A DNA stretch of 47,270 bases from an uncultured Chromatiaceae bacterium (GCA_964391025.1 CAYMKJ010000226.1:1-47270), one strand, 5' to 3'. Counted from the stretch's first letter, positions 38,186 through 46,250 are shown. Notes: generated by a model not told the origin, from the letters alone. Program-made: numbers and translations.

Positions 38186-38196
38186 TCTGCCATCGC

Positions 38197-38850
38197 ATGC
38201 TCACCCTCTACGGCATCAACCTCTCCACTTTCACGCGCAAGGTCCGCCTTGCGCTGCTGGAGAAGGGGCTCCCGCACCAGCTGGAGGTCGCGCCCATGGG
38301 CTCGCCGAAGGTGAAAGCACTGCACCCGCTGGGCAAGATTCCGGTGCTGGAGGACCAGGGCATCGCCATCCCGGATTCCTCGGTGATCATTGCCTACCTG
38401 GAGAGGGCATATCCGGATCGACCCCTCTACCCGGCCAGCGCCGCGGAGCTCGCCCGGTCACTGTGGCTCGAGGAGTATGCGGACACCCGTCTGCGGGAAG
38501 CGATGCTGACGTTCTTCTCCGAGCATGTGGTGAAGCCGGTGTTCCAGGGCAAGCCGGCCGACGAAGTTGCCCTGGCTGCCGCCATTGGTCCCAGGGATGA
38601 AGCGTTCGACTATCTGGAGAAGGAGCTGCCCGCTGCCGGGCTGGCTCTGGGGGAGATGCTGTCGGTGGCCGACGTGGCCATCGGCGCCCAGCTCATCACC
38701 TACTGCCAGGGCGACGGCGCCATCGATGCCGGGCGGTGGCCGAAGCTGGCACGCTACTTCGCCGTACTGCTGGCGCGGCCGCACTGGTCTGGTGTCCACC
38801 AGGAAGAGGAGGCCGCCTTGGAGGCGGCCCGGGAGCGCCGCCAGCGCTAG
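38197..38850 (+). CDS. glutathione S-transferase
   Basis: MLTLYGINLSTFTRKVRLALLEKGL...GKIPVLED (thioredoxin-like N domain). The ATG at 38197 is preferred over the track start at 38083, which overlaps the RDD gene. Confidence 0.85.
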   Translation: MLTLYGINLSTFTRKVRLALLEKGLPHQLEVAPMGSPKVKALHPLGKIPVLEDQGIAIPDSSVIIAYLERAYPDRPLYPASAAELARSLWLEEYADTRLREAMLTFFSEHVVKPVFQGKPADEVALAAAIGPRDEAFDYLEKELPAAGLALGEMLSVADVAIGAQLITYCQGDGAIDAGRWPKLARYFAVLLARPHWSGVHQEEEAALEAARERRQR

Positions 38851-38889
38851 ACTGCACCAACCTCATCACCAACTACCGGAGAAGAATCC

Positions 38890-39450
38890 GTGAGCATTGC
38901 GCACAAGTGGCTCGAGCAGGAGCCCTGGCCCACCCAGGTGATGCCGAAGAAGCTGCTGGAGAGCCGCATCGAACGGGTGATGACTCTCACCAATATTGGC
39001 TACCTGGGCACCGTGCGCAAGGACGGCTCACCCATTGTCAGCCCGGTGGAGTTCTATGCGGACCACTTCTCCCTGTACATCCTTCCTCAGCCCAACAGCC
39101 CCAAGGTGAAGGCCCTCCGCCGGGACTCGAGGGTGAGCTTCGCCATCGCCAACCCGATGGCAGGCTGGGCCTGCGTCATGGGCGCGCAATTTTTCGGCAA
39201 GGGCACGCTGCTGGACATGGACACCCCCGAGTGGGAGCTCGGCATGAAGGTCTTCAAGTGGGTGGCCTCGAGCTTTGAGCTGGGCAAGATCAACGCAAAG
39301 CCGCCGCGCTGCCAATTGCTGCGGATCGATCCGGACCGGATCGTCTACACGGAGCACTTCATGCGCAAGGAAGGCTATGCGCCCCGCCAGATCTGGACGC
39401 CCGGTGCTGACGCGCCGAAGGTGGTCCCGGGCCGCAACGCGCCGATCTAA
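38890..39450 (+). CDS. pyridoxamine 5'-phosphate oxidase-like FMN-binding protein
   Basis: The split-barrel pattern ...GYLGTVRKDGSPIVSPVEF...SPKVKALRRDSRVSFAI fits this family. Confidence 0.7.
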   Translation: MSIAHKWLEQEPWPTQVMPKKLLESRIERVMTLTNIGYLGTVRKDGSPIVSPVEFYADHFSLYILPQPNSPKVKALRRDSRVSFAIANPMAGWACVMGAQFFGKGTLLDMDTPEWELGMKVFKWVASSFELGKINAKPPRCQLLRIDPDRIVYTEHFMRKEGYAPRQIWTPGADAPKVVPGRNAPI

Positions 39451-39524
39451 GTCGCGGAGAAATAGGGGTCAGACTGCCCGGGTTATAGCAGGAACTTCGT
39501 GATTTTCAGCCCATCGGATCCGTC

Positions 39525-39875
39525 ATGCAGACCTTGCCAGTTCCCCGACAGATTGCCGAACACCGCTACTCCGAACCCCGGTTCCGCCACAAGCTCGCAC
39601 GGGCGGCGTTAGCCGCGGGCCGTGAAGTGGTCGAGAAAGCCCTGTGGCTCTTCTACGCTGCCCAGCGGCCAGAGACGCCGCGCTGGGCGAAGGCCACCGT
39701 GTATGGCGCGCTGGCCTATTTCATCGTGCCGCTGGACACGATCCCGGATGTGGTGCCGCTCGCGGGTTATACCGACGACTTCGGTGTGCTCGCCGTGGCA
39801 GTGGTAACCATTGCCCGCTTCATCGACGAGGCGGTCAAGGACAAGACTAGCCGCGTCCTGGCTCGCTGGTTCTGA
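39525..39875 (+). CDS. YkvA/DUF1232 family membrane protein
   Basis: LAYFIVPLDTIPDVVPLAGYTDDFGVLAVA is the DUF1232 signature. Confidence 0.8.
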   Translation: MQTLPVPRQIAEHRYSEPRFRHKLARAALAAGREVVEKALWLFYAAQRPETPRWAKATVYGALAYFIVPLDTIPDVVPLAGYTDDFGVLAVAVVTIARFIDEAVKDKTSRVLARWF

Positions 39876-39876
39876 T

Positions 39877-40290
39877 TCAGGCCTCGAGCACCAGGAACGC
39901 CCAGAACGGAATTCCCATGACGCCCCAGCTGGCCGACGCATCGCTCAGGATTTCGATGAGCGTGTCGAAGTCATCGTCGCCCGCCGCCCGAAAATCACCC
40001 AGCTGCTCGAAGACCAGCACGTAGCCCTGCGCCTCGCGCCAGCTGAAATCGGTCAGGCAGTCGGCGAGCGCGTCCCAGTTCTGGCCGAACCAGTCCGGGA
40101 AGTGCAGCTGCTCGCCGAGGCGGGCGAGAACCTCGCTGGACTCGGTGCAACCACCCAGGCTGACCCGGAACACAGCGAATTCGCGCGCCGCCGCCACTTC
40201 CATAAGAATCGCAACGTCGTGGGCCGGCAGGCTGAACACTCCGGCCCGGTCGGCCTGCGGCAGCGTGCGTGTCAGTTCTTCCCGATTCAC
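39877..40290 (-). CDS. barstar-family ribonuclease inhibitor
   Basis: LHFPDWFGQNWDALADCLTD aligns with barstar LPEYYGENLDALWDCLTG. The start is either the GTG at 40290 (GTGA overlap with the RNase stop) or the ATG at 40203. Confidence 0.75.
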   Translation of the reverse strand: MNREELTRTLPQADRAGVFSLPAHDVAILMEVAAAREFAVFRVSLGGCTESSEVLARLGEQLHFPDWFGQNWDALADCLTDFSWREAQGYVLVFEQLGDFRAAGDDDFDTLIEILSDASASWGVMGIPFWAFLVLEA

Positions 40291-40556
40291 GGCGCGGATT
40301 TCTCCACCGGCATCGGCACGGTGTACTCCCGGTAGTAACCGCGGGTCGCTGCCGGGACGTGATCCTTCCGGTTCTGGAACTCGCTGCCGCCATCGATCAG
40401 TTCGAGGGTCTCCCAGGCTTCGGCCGGCAGATACCCCCGGGCCTGGATCTTGGCCTGGCCTTGGACCGTGGCCGGAAGCCCGCTCTCCGCCTGGCCCTGC
40501 CACAAGGTGGCGGTGCCGATCAGGATCACCAGGAACGGAATCAGGCGGCGGCGCAT
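40287..40556 (-). CDS. guanyl-specific ribonuclease (N1/T1/Sa family), truncated 89-aa form, possibly a decayed gene
   Basis: Signal peptide MRRRLIPFLVILIGTATLWQGQA, then LPAEAWETLELIDGG..FQNRKDHVPAATRGYYREYTVP. It stops 9 codons after the EYTV motif. It lacks the C-terminal RG.RR...H part of the family and about 8 residues of the PFPY..DG segment. Confidence 0.6.
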   Translation of the reverse strand: MRRRLIPFLVILIGTATLWQGQAESGLPATVQGQAKIQARGYLPAEAWETLELIDGGSEFQNRKDHVPAATRGYYREYTVPMPVEKSAP

Positions 40557-40646
40557 GGGCCTAATCCTACCGCGGCGCTGCGCGGTCTGGCCCCAAGCCC
40601 TGGGGGGGGCTTGGCGCGGGTGGTCGCGCTGCGTTACAAGGGGCGG

Positions 40647-41171
40647 GTGAAACGGAAGAAACCGGTTGCCAGAAAGCGCCCTAACCCGGTCCGCCCCGCC
40701 CCGGCGGCTGCCAGAACCGGGACGACGCGGCCGGCAACCGCCGCCGAGCGGCGGTCTTTCGACGGTGGCTGCCACTGTGGCGCCATCGAATACAGCTACA
40801 CCACCACATTGGCCCCACCCCGGTGGCCCGTTCGACTGTGTCAGTGCGCGTTCTGCCGGGGTCACGGCGCCCGGTCTATGTCGGATCCGTCGGGCGAACT
40901 GCAATTCCGCTTCGAGCGCCCCGAGTTCCTGCGGCGCTACCGCTTTGCCCTGCGCACCGCTGACTTTCTCATCTGCAAGGAGTGTGGCACCTACGTTGCC
41001 GCCGTGCTCCTTTCCGGCCGGGGTGCCCAGGCGGTGATCAATCTGAACACCCTCCGTGCGCCACCCGCGGGCCTGCCCCCCGGGAAGCCGGTGAGCCACG
41101 AAGGTGAGTCCGGCGAGGTTCGCCGGGCACGGCGCATCCTCACCTGGACGCCGGTCGCCGGGCCCATCTAG
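40647..41171 (+). CDS. GFA (CENP-V/glutathione-dependent formaldehyde-activating) family Zn-binding protein with a basic N-terminal extension
   Basis: Cys ligand pattern CHCG...CQCAFCRGHG...CKECGTY. The only usable start close to the domain is the GTG at 40647. Confidence 0.65.
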   Translation: MKRKKPVARKRPNPVRPAPAAARTGTTRPATAAERRSFDGGCHCGAIEYSYTTTLAPPRWPVRLCQCAFCRGHGARSMSDPSGELQFRFERPEFLRRYRFALRTADFLICKECGTYVAAVLLSGRGAQAVINLNTLRAPPAGLPPGKPVSHEGESGEVRRARRILTWTPVAGPI

Positions 41172-41188
41172 CCGGCGACGTCTGGCCG

Positions 41189-42055
41189 ATGGCCTCCCGC
41201 AGTGTGCTGCTGCGCCGGCAGCGCAGCTGGGCGCGGCGTGCCGGGCTTGCGGTGGATACTTCAGGCTACCTGCCCGCGGTCACCGACAATCTGCGGCAAC
41301 CGCTGTCATCGTCCGCCCTGGCGGATTTCACCGCCCGGGGGGCTGCGGAATTTCACGACGCCGAATTCCAGAACGGGAGTCGGCATGTCGCCCGGATGCG
41401 GGCCGTGCACTCGTCAACGGCGCTGGCCGTCAACGTGTTCGATCACTGGAACACGGCAGACCCAGCGCCGCTGGCCGAGGTGCTTGGCCTGTCGGCACCG
41501 ATTCACCGCATCGTCTTCGAGCCGCACCTGCCCACCGGGCTTGCCGGGAACCCCGCCAACCCGGACATCCTCCTCGAGCTCGAGTCCGGCACGCTCGTTG
41601 CCGTCGAGTGCAAGTTCAGCGAGTGGCTGGTGCCCAAGCGGCAGCGTGGGCAGGTCTTCCACGACGGGTACTTTCCGCCGGGTCGGGACGCCTGGCGCGA
41701 GGCCGGACTCCCGGCCTGCCAGGCACTGGCGGACGACCTGCAGTCTGGCCGGGAGTACTTCCGCTACCTGGACGCCCGTCAGCTGCTGAAGCATGCGCTG
41801 GGGCTTAAAGCGACACAGGCCGAAAGGTTTGCCCTGGTCTATCTGCACTTCGATTGGCCCGGCTGTGTGGGCGATCTTCATCGGGCCGAGATCGAGCGAC
41901 TGGCAGTGAGAACAGGTACCGAACTGGCTCTTCGAACGCTGACTTATCAGAGCCTGGTGCTAAAGATGGGTCCTGCCCCCGCGCTCGATTACCGGGCGTA
42001 TCTGGAGAGCCGTTATGGGCTAAGCGCCCAGCAGTCGCATACCGTTGATCCGTGA
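41189..42055 (+). CDS. hypothetical protein with a PD-(D/E)xK nuclease-like core
   Basis: 288 aa with G/C-rich codon third positions. It contains NPDILLELESGTLVAVECKFSEW (D...ExK spacing), preceded by HSSTALAVNVFDHW and followed by RQLLKHALGLK. No named family was recognised. Confidence 0.6.
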   Translation: MASRSVLLRRQRSWARRAGLAVDTSGYLPAVTDNLRQPLSSSALADFTARGAAEFHDAEFQNGSRHVARMRAVHSSTALAVNVFDHWNTADPAPLAEVLGLSAPIHRIVFEPHLPTGLAGNPANPDILLELESGTLVAVECKFSEWLVPKRQRGQVFHDGYFPPGRDAWREAGLPACQALADDLQSGREYFRYLDARQLLKHALGLKATQAERFALVYLHFDWPGCVGDLHRAEIERLAVRTGTELALRTLTYQSLVLKMGPAPALDYRAYLESRYGLSAQQSHTVDP

Positions 42056-42421
42056 TGCCGCCCGGTCAAACGTCACTGTGTGGCTGCAGCCCGCGCCAGA
42101 ACCGAGCCGTTGAATCAGACAGTCCACGTAGTCTGCCTTCGTCGTTCGGAAATCGCGAAGGGCTTGGCTGGCATTGTCAGGGTCCTGGAACTTCAGCTGC
42201 TGTGCGCGCAATAGCGCGTCCAACAAGTTGGCGATTTGTTCCCTGCCAAACTGGTAGTTACTCTCCAGCACCCAAACGAGCTCGGCAAGAACAACGGTTG
42301 CGACAAAGCCGGGTTTTTCCTGGCTCAGGGAGCCTTCCAGGAACCTGGTTGCCAGTGGCGACTGGATACGGTCATCCTGAGCCAGGTAGCGAACGAGGAC
42401 GTTGGTGTCCAAGCCGATCAT
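42020..42421 (-). CDS. vapC: PIN-domain toxin VapC
   Basis: MIGLDTNVLVRYL... (first acidic PIN residue), 133 aa, located directly downstream of an AbrB/SpoVT antitoxin gene. Confidence 0.9.
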   Translation of the reverse strand: MIGLDTNVLVRYLAQDDRIQSPLATRFLEGSLSQEKPGFVATVVLAELVWVLESNYQFGREQIANLLDALLRAQQLKFQDPDNASQALRDFRTTKADYVDCLIQRLGSGAGCSHTVTFDRAASRINGMRLLGA

Positions 42422-42428
42422 GGGCCGA

Positions 42429-42683
42429 TCACCGGCCGGGGGTCCGACGACCCGCCGCCCGCTCCCGGATGGTCCGATTCATGTCCTCAATGCTGACCGG
42501 CTTCGGGGGCTTTCCCACGATGCCCCGGAGACTCTTGATGTCTACGGTCGCTGCCACCAACGCGTACTGACCGCCGGCAATCTCGACAAAGTCGACCCGG
42601 TGTCCCATTTCCAGGCCAAGCCGTTGCCTGACCTCGACGGGAATCGTGATCTGACCCTTGCTGGTGACGACGGAGCTTGGCAT
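42429..42683 (-). CDS. vapB: AbrB/MazE/SpoVT-family antitoxin VapB
   Basis: VVTSKGQITIPVEVRQRLGL is the swapped-hairpin motif. The start is the ATG at 42683 or 42692 (the track ORF opens at 42788). Confidence 0.85.
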   Translation of the reverse strand: MPSSVVTSKGQITIPVEVRQRLGLEMGHRVDFVEIAGGQYALVAATVDIKSLRGIVGKPPKPVSIEDMNRTIRERAAGRRTPGR

Positions 42684-42863
42684 TGGATACATTTCAAAAA
42701 TGATGTTCCTTACCCTAAAGTAAGGAAAGCCACAAATCAAGCGACTTCGTCCGGATTTGGCTCCTGATTGACTCCCCGGTGAAGGCAAGCCAAGGTTTCG
42801 TCACAACCTTTGGAAGGCGCTCATGGGTAAGCTCTGCAACCTCATCATCGACCGTGCATCCCC

Positions 42864-43211
42864 ATGAGCGTGCGCAATCTCCCCGCCGCTTACCAGCTGG
42901 AGGCCTCCATCCTGAAGGAGATCAAGCGCAGCTTTGCCACCGAGCACAGGGACTACGTCATCACCAAGCTCGCGAACACCGGACTGCCGATGGGCGCCGT
43001 CGCACCGCCGCCTCGCGTGCATGCCGCCATTCTCTGGCTCGCGAAGGGGAACCTGGCCACGTTTGACGAGGTGCTGGCCGGTGCTTGCGCCGACTGGCGC
43101 GACACACTGGCGGCTGCCGGGCTTGCCAGCCAGAGCTGGAAGCTGGTGCTCAACAAGCGGGGCATCGACTGCAGCAAGTGGCCGGTGGGACCGGCCGGGC
43201 CCACTTCGTAG
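42864..43211 (+). CDS. hypothetical protein (115 aa)
   Basis: Strong G/C third-position bias supports coding. It is divergent from vapB. Its stop TAG lies inside the REP GTAG. No family was recognised. Confidence 0.5.
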   Translation: MSVRNLPAAYQLEASILKEIKRSFATEHRDYVITKLANTGLPMGAVAPPPRVHAAILWLAKGNLATFDEVLAGACADWRDTLAAAGLASQSWKLVLNKRGIDCSKWPVGPAGPTS

Positions 43212-43261
43212 GAGCGCCTTTAGGCGCGATTCACAGTGGTCGCGCCTAAAGGCGCTCCTAC
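43208..43261. repeat. REP-like hairpin
   Basis: GTAGGAGCGCCTTTAGGCGCGA / TTCACAGTGG / TCGCGCCTAAAGGCGCTCCTAC, with perfect 22-bp arms. Confidence 0.85.
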
Positions 43262-43264
43262 AAG

Positions 43265-44437
43265 CTAGAACGCGGGGATGCCCGTCTGGGCGCGGCCCAG
43301 GATCAGGCCGTGGATGTCGTGGGTGCCCTCGTAGGTGTTCACGGTCTCCAGATTCATCACGTGGCGGATCACCTGGTACTCGTCGGAGATGCCGTTGGCG
43401 CCGTGAATGTCGCGGGCCGCGCGGGCGATGTCCAGCGCCTTGCCGCAGTTGTTCCGCTTCAGCAGGCTCACCACTTCGTGGGGCAGGCGTCCCGCGTCCT
43501 TGAGCCTGCCGGCGCGCAGGCAACCGGCCAGCCCCAGGGTGATCTCCGTCTGCATGTCGGCCAGCTTCTTCTGCACGAGCTGGGTTGCCGCCAGTGGTTT
43601 GCCGAACTGTTTGCGTTCCAGTGCATAGTCCCGGGCCGCGTGCCAGCAGAACTCCGCCGCCCCGAGCACGCCCCAGGCGATGCCGTAGCGCGCATTGTTC
43701 AGGCAGCCGAAGGGCCCCTTCAGCCCGGTCACCCCGGGCAGCAGCGCTTCGGTGGGCACGAAGAAGTCCTGCAGCACGATCTGGCCTGTGATGGAGGCGC
43801 GCAGAGACATCTTGTTCTTCAAAGCCGGGGTTTCCATCCCCAAGCCGCCGCGCTCGAAGAGGAAGCCGCGGATCGTGTCGGTCGCGTCCTTGGCCCACAC
43901 CACGAAAACGTGCGCGATGGGACTGTGGCTGATCCAGGTTTTGGTGCCGGTCAGCGTCCAGCCGCCCTTCACCGGCTTCGCCCGGGTGCGCATCGCGCCG
44001 GGATCCGAACCGGCCTCGGGCTCGGTCAGCCCGAAGCAGCCGATGAGCTCGCCCGTGGCAAGCTTCGGCAAATAGTGGTCCTTTTGCGCGTTGCTGCCGT
44101 AGGCGTGTATCGGGTGCATGACCAGCGAAGACTGCACGCTGATGGCGGAGCGGTAGGCGGAGTCCACGCGCTCGACCTCCCGGGCGATCAGGCCGTAGGC
44201 CACGGATGACACGCCCGCGCAACCGTAACCCTGGATGGTGGCACCCAGCAGTCCGACCTCGCCCATCTCCCTGAGAATCGCCGGGTCGAAGTGCTCATGC
44301 CGGTTCGCCTCGATCACCCGGGGCTGGAGCCGGCCCTGGGCATAGTCGCGGGCGGCGTCGCGGATCATGCGTTCGTCGGGCGTCAGCTCGTCGTCCAGCG
44401 CCAGCGGGTCCTGCCAGTCGAAGCCTGGGTTACTCAT
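43265..44437 (-). CDS. gcdH: glutaryl-CoA dehydrogenase
   Basis: [27 protein letters not shown]... and acyl-CoA dehydrogenase architecture. The ATG at 44437 is preferred over 44449. Confidence 0.9.
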   Translation of the reverse strand: MSNPGFDWQDPLALDDELTPDERMIRDAARDYAQGRLQPRVIEANRHEHFDPAILREMGEVGLLGATIQGYGCAGVSSVAYGLIAREVERVDSAYRSAISVQSSLVMHPIHAYGSNAQKDHYLPKLATGELIGCFGLTEPEAGSDPGAMRTRAKPVKGGWTLTGTKTWISHSPIAHVFVVWAKDATDTIRGFLFERGGLGMETPALKNKMSLRASITGQIVLQDFFVPTEALLPGVTGLKGPFGCLNNARYGIAWGVLGAAEFCWHAARDYALERKQFGKPLAATQLVQKKLADMQTEITLGLAGCLRAGRLKDAGRLPHEVVSLLKRNNCGKALDIARAARDIHGANGISDEYQVIRHVMNLETVNTYEGTHDIHGLILGRAQTGIPAF

Positions 44438-44500
44438 CAGCTTTCCCATTCAATGCGCGTTTATGATGGCCACTGTATCCGTTAGTTTAACGATCCGCCC

Positions 44501-45496
44501 ATGACGTCGATCTCCCACCACCCCAACCTGCCTCTCGATGCCACGCCCAGGCAGCGGAGCCGGGCGGACCGGCCGGCGTCCACGCTGCAGCCCTTCGTGC
44601 CCGGTGACGTGTTCGTGGGCGCGACGCTGCTGAACAGCGCCACGGACGACCACGCGGGCCCCGGCCGGATCCTGCAGTTCGACGCGGATCTGAACGAGAA
44701 GGGCGTGCTGTGGGTGGAGGGCACGACCCACCTGGTGTACGGCCTGACCTTTGCCCCCGACGGGACCCTCTGGGCCCAGGATCCCTGGGCCTGGACCACG
44801 GTGCGGGTGGATCCAACCGGCAGGCAGCTGCCCAACCTGCAATTCGACCAGCGGGCTTTTTCCAAGGTGCATTTCATGGCGGACGGCACGTTGCTGTTTA
44901 CCGAATCCCTCGAAGGCGAGCACCAGCCAGAGCCGCTCACGACGCGCTTCCGGCCGTTGCCGGGGCACCGGGCCCGACTTGGCGACGGCGACCTCTGGCG
45001 CTACACCCTGGACGGCGAACTGGTGGAGATCCACGAGCCGGAAGTCCACGGCGGCATGAGCGGGAGCATGGGCGTGACGCACTCCGTGCTGTCGCTGGAC
45101 CAGACGAGACTCTTCTATGTCTCCGAGACCGGGCCCCGCCTGATGCAGTTCGACCTGGCGAACGGCCGACAGCTGGCCGATTTGCGCCGGGGCACGGAGG
45201 GCGACCGGACGATGATGCACTTCGACCTGTCGCTCACGCCCGATGGCACGCTGGTGGTGTGCATGGGCAATCGCGTGGACGCGCTCACCCAGGACGGCGT
45301 GTGGCTGCGCACCTACCGGCTGCATGGCTTCGGCTGGTCCATCATCGACGCGCGCTGCGGCACTCACGCCTACGTGGGGAACTGGTTCAGCGGAGAAGTA
45401 GCGAAGCTGGATCTGCAGACGGGTGACATAGTGGCGCGGGTGGTCGTGGCGGAGAAGTGCATGGCGGGAATCGCGCAGTACCTGACCGTCCCGTAG
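44501..45496 (+). CDS. hypothetical protein, beta-propeller-like
   Basis: 331 aa with repeated strand-like DG(T/E)L segments (APDGTLW, MADGTLLF, LDGELVE, TPDGTLVV). The fold assignment is tentative. Confidence 0.55.
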   Translation: MTSISHHPNLPLDATPRQRSRADRPASTLQPFVPGDVFVGATLLNSATDDHAGPGRILQFDADLNEKGVLWVEGTTHLVYGLTFAPDGTLWAQDPWAWTTVRVDPTGRQLPNLQFDQRAFSKVHFMADGTLLFTESLEGEHQPEPLTTRFRPLPGHRARLGDGDLWRYTLDGELVEIHEPEVHGGMSGSMGVTHSVLSLDQTRLFYVSETGPRLMQFDLANGRQLADLRRGTEGDRTMMHFDLSLTPDGTLVVCMGNRVDALTQDGVWLRTYRLHGFGWSIIDARCGTHAYVGNWFSGEVAKLDLQTGDIVARVVVAEKCMAGIAQYLTVP

Positions 45497-45546
45497 GAGC
45501 GCCTTCAGGCGCGACCAATGCGGGTCGCGCCTGAAGGCGCTTCTAC
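45493..45546. repeat. REP-like hairpin
   Basis: GTAGGAGCGCCTTCAGGCGCGAC / CAATGCGG / GTCGCGCCTGAAGGCGCTTCTAC, with one arm mismatch. Confidence 0.85.
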
Positions 45547-46221
45547 GACCAGCAACAGCCGAGTGCCTTCCGGCGCAACCAACACATGATTCTGGCCTGA
45601 CGGCCGCAGCGAAATTCCGCGCGTGTCGAGCCGCGAGCGCCAGTCGCTACCGGGCTCGAAGCAGAGACCGACCCCACCGCGACGGCTTGCGGGGCGGAGC
45701 GCGAGGGACAGGCCCGGCGCCGTGAGGAGCACCGACTCCTCGTCGTCCCCCTCGGTGCCAAGAAAACCTGCGAGCTCGAAGAACGTTTGTGTCTCGGCCA
45801 CTTCGGCAGAACTCAGTGTCAGCTCGGTACACCGCCCGATCAGCGGTGCAACAACCTCGTCGTCCGCCACCGAAAACGTCGGCGCCTCGAGCAGCTGCAA
45901 CAGCAGGCCATCGGGCGTCCGCAGCCCTACTTCATTGAACTGGTCGTCATCGAGCCGCTGAAAGCTGAGTTCGGTACCAGTCTCCATCAGGGCGCGGGCA
46001 TACCGGGCCAGGTCCGGCTTCACGAAAGTCAGTGCGGGCTCGTCGAGACTGACGCCGTGCAGCCCGATGACAATCTGGCCGTCCGTCACGGCTGCGTAGC
46101 CCCGGGGCCGGATGTCGTTGACGCGCACCTCGCTGAAGCCGAGGCGCAGGTAGAAATCGAGCGAAGCCGCCAGATCCGGGGCGGGGACGCTTAACTCCAG
46201 AAACCGGCCCAGGTTGGACAT
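45505..46221 (-). CDS. VOC (glyoxalase/bleomycin-resistance/dioxygenase) family protein
   Basis: MSNLGRFLELSVPAPDLAASLDFYLRLGF... with two VOC-like halves. The start is the ATG at 46221 (alternatives 46230 and 46233; the track ORF opens at 46374). The 3' end runs into the REP. Confidence 0.72.
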   Translation of the reverse strand: MSNLGRFLELSVPAPDLAASLDFYLRLGFSEVRVNDIRPRGYAAVTDGQIVIGLHGVSLDEPALTFVKPDLARYARALMETGTELSFQRLDDDQFNEVGLRTPDGLLLQLLEAPTFSVADDEVVAPLIGRCTELTLSSAEVAETQTFFELAGFLGTEGDDEESVLLTAPGLSLALRPASRRGGVGLCFEPGSDWRSRLDTRGISLRPSGQNHVLVAPEGTRLLLVVEAPSGATRIGRA

Positions 46222-46250
46222 GCCGTGCATCATCGCCCGGTTGGGGCGGC

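Noticed and set aside
40204-40330. A simple frameshift as the cause of the short RNase.
   Set aside because: I translated all three frames downstream of the stop. None continues with the expected TPG..RG.RR...H segment, so the loss is a deletion or truncation rather than a single indel.
40291-41099. Long track versions of the barstar (to 40503) and RNase (to 41099) ORFs.
   Set aside because: The extensions are antisense or alternative-frame reads through neighbouring genes. Family-typical starts (GTG 40290 or ATG 40203, and ATG 40556 followed by a signal peptide) are much better supported.
42801-44222. 473-aa - strand ORF spanning the orphan ORF, the REP and part of gcdH.
   Set aside because: It is out of frame with the well-supported gcdH, it reads through a REP hairpin, and it has an Arg-rich shadow composition.
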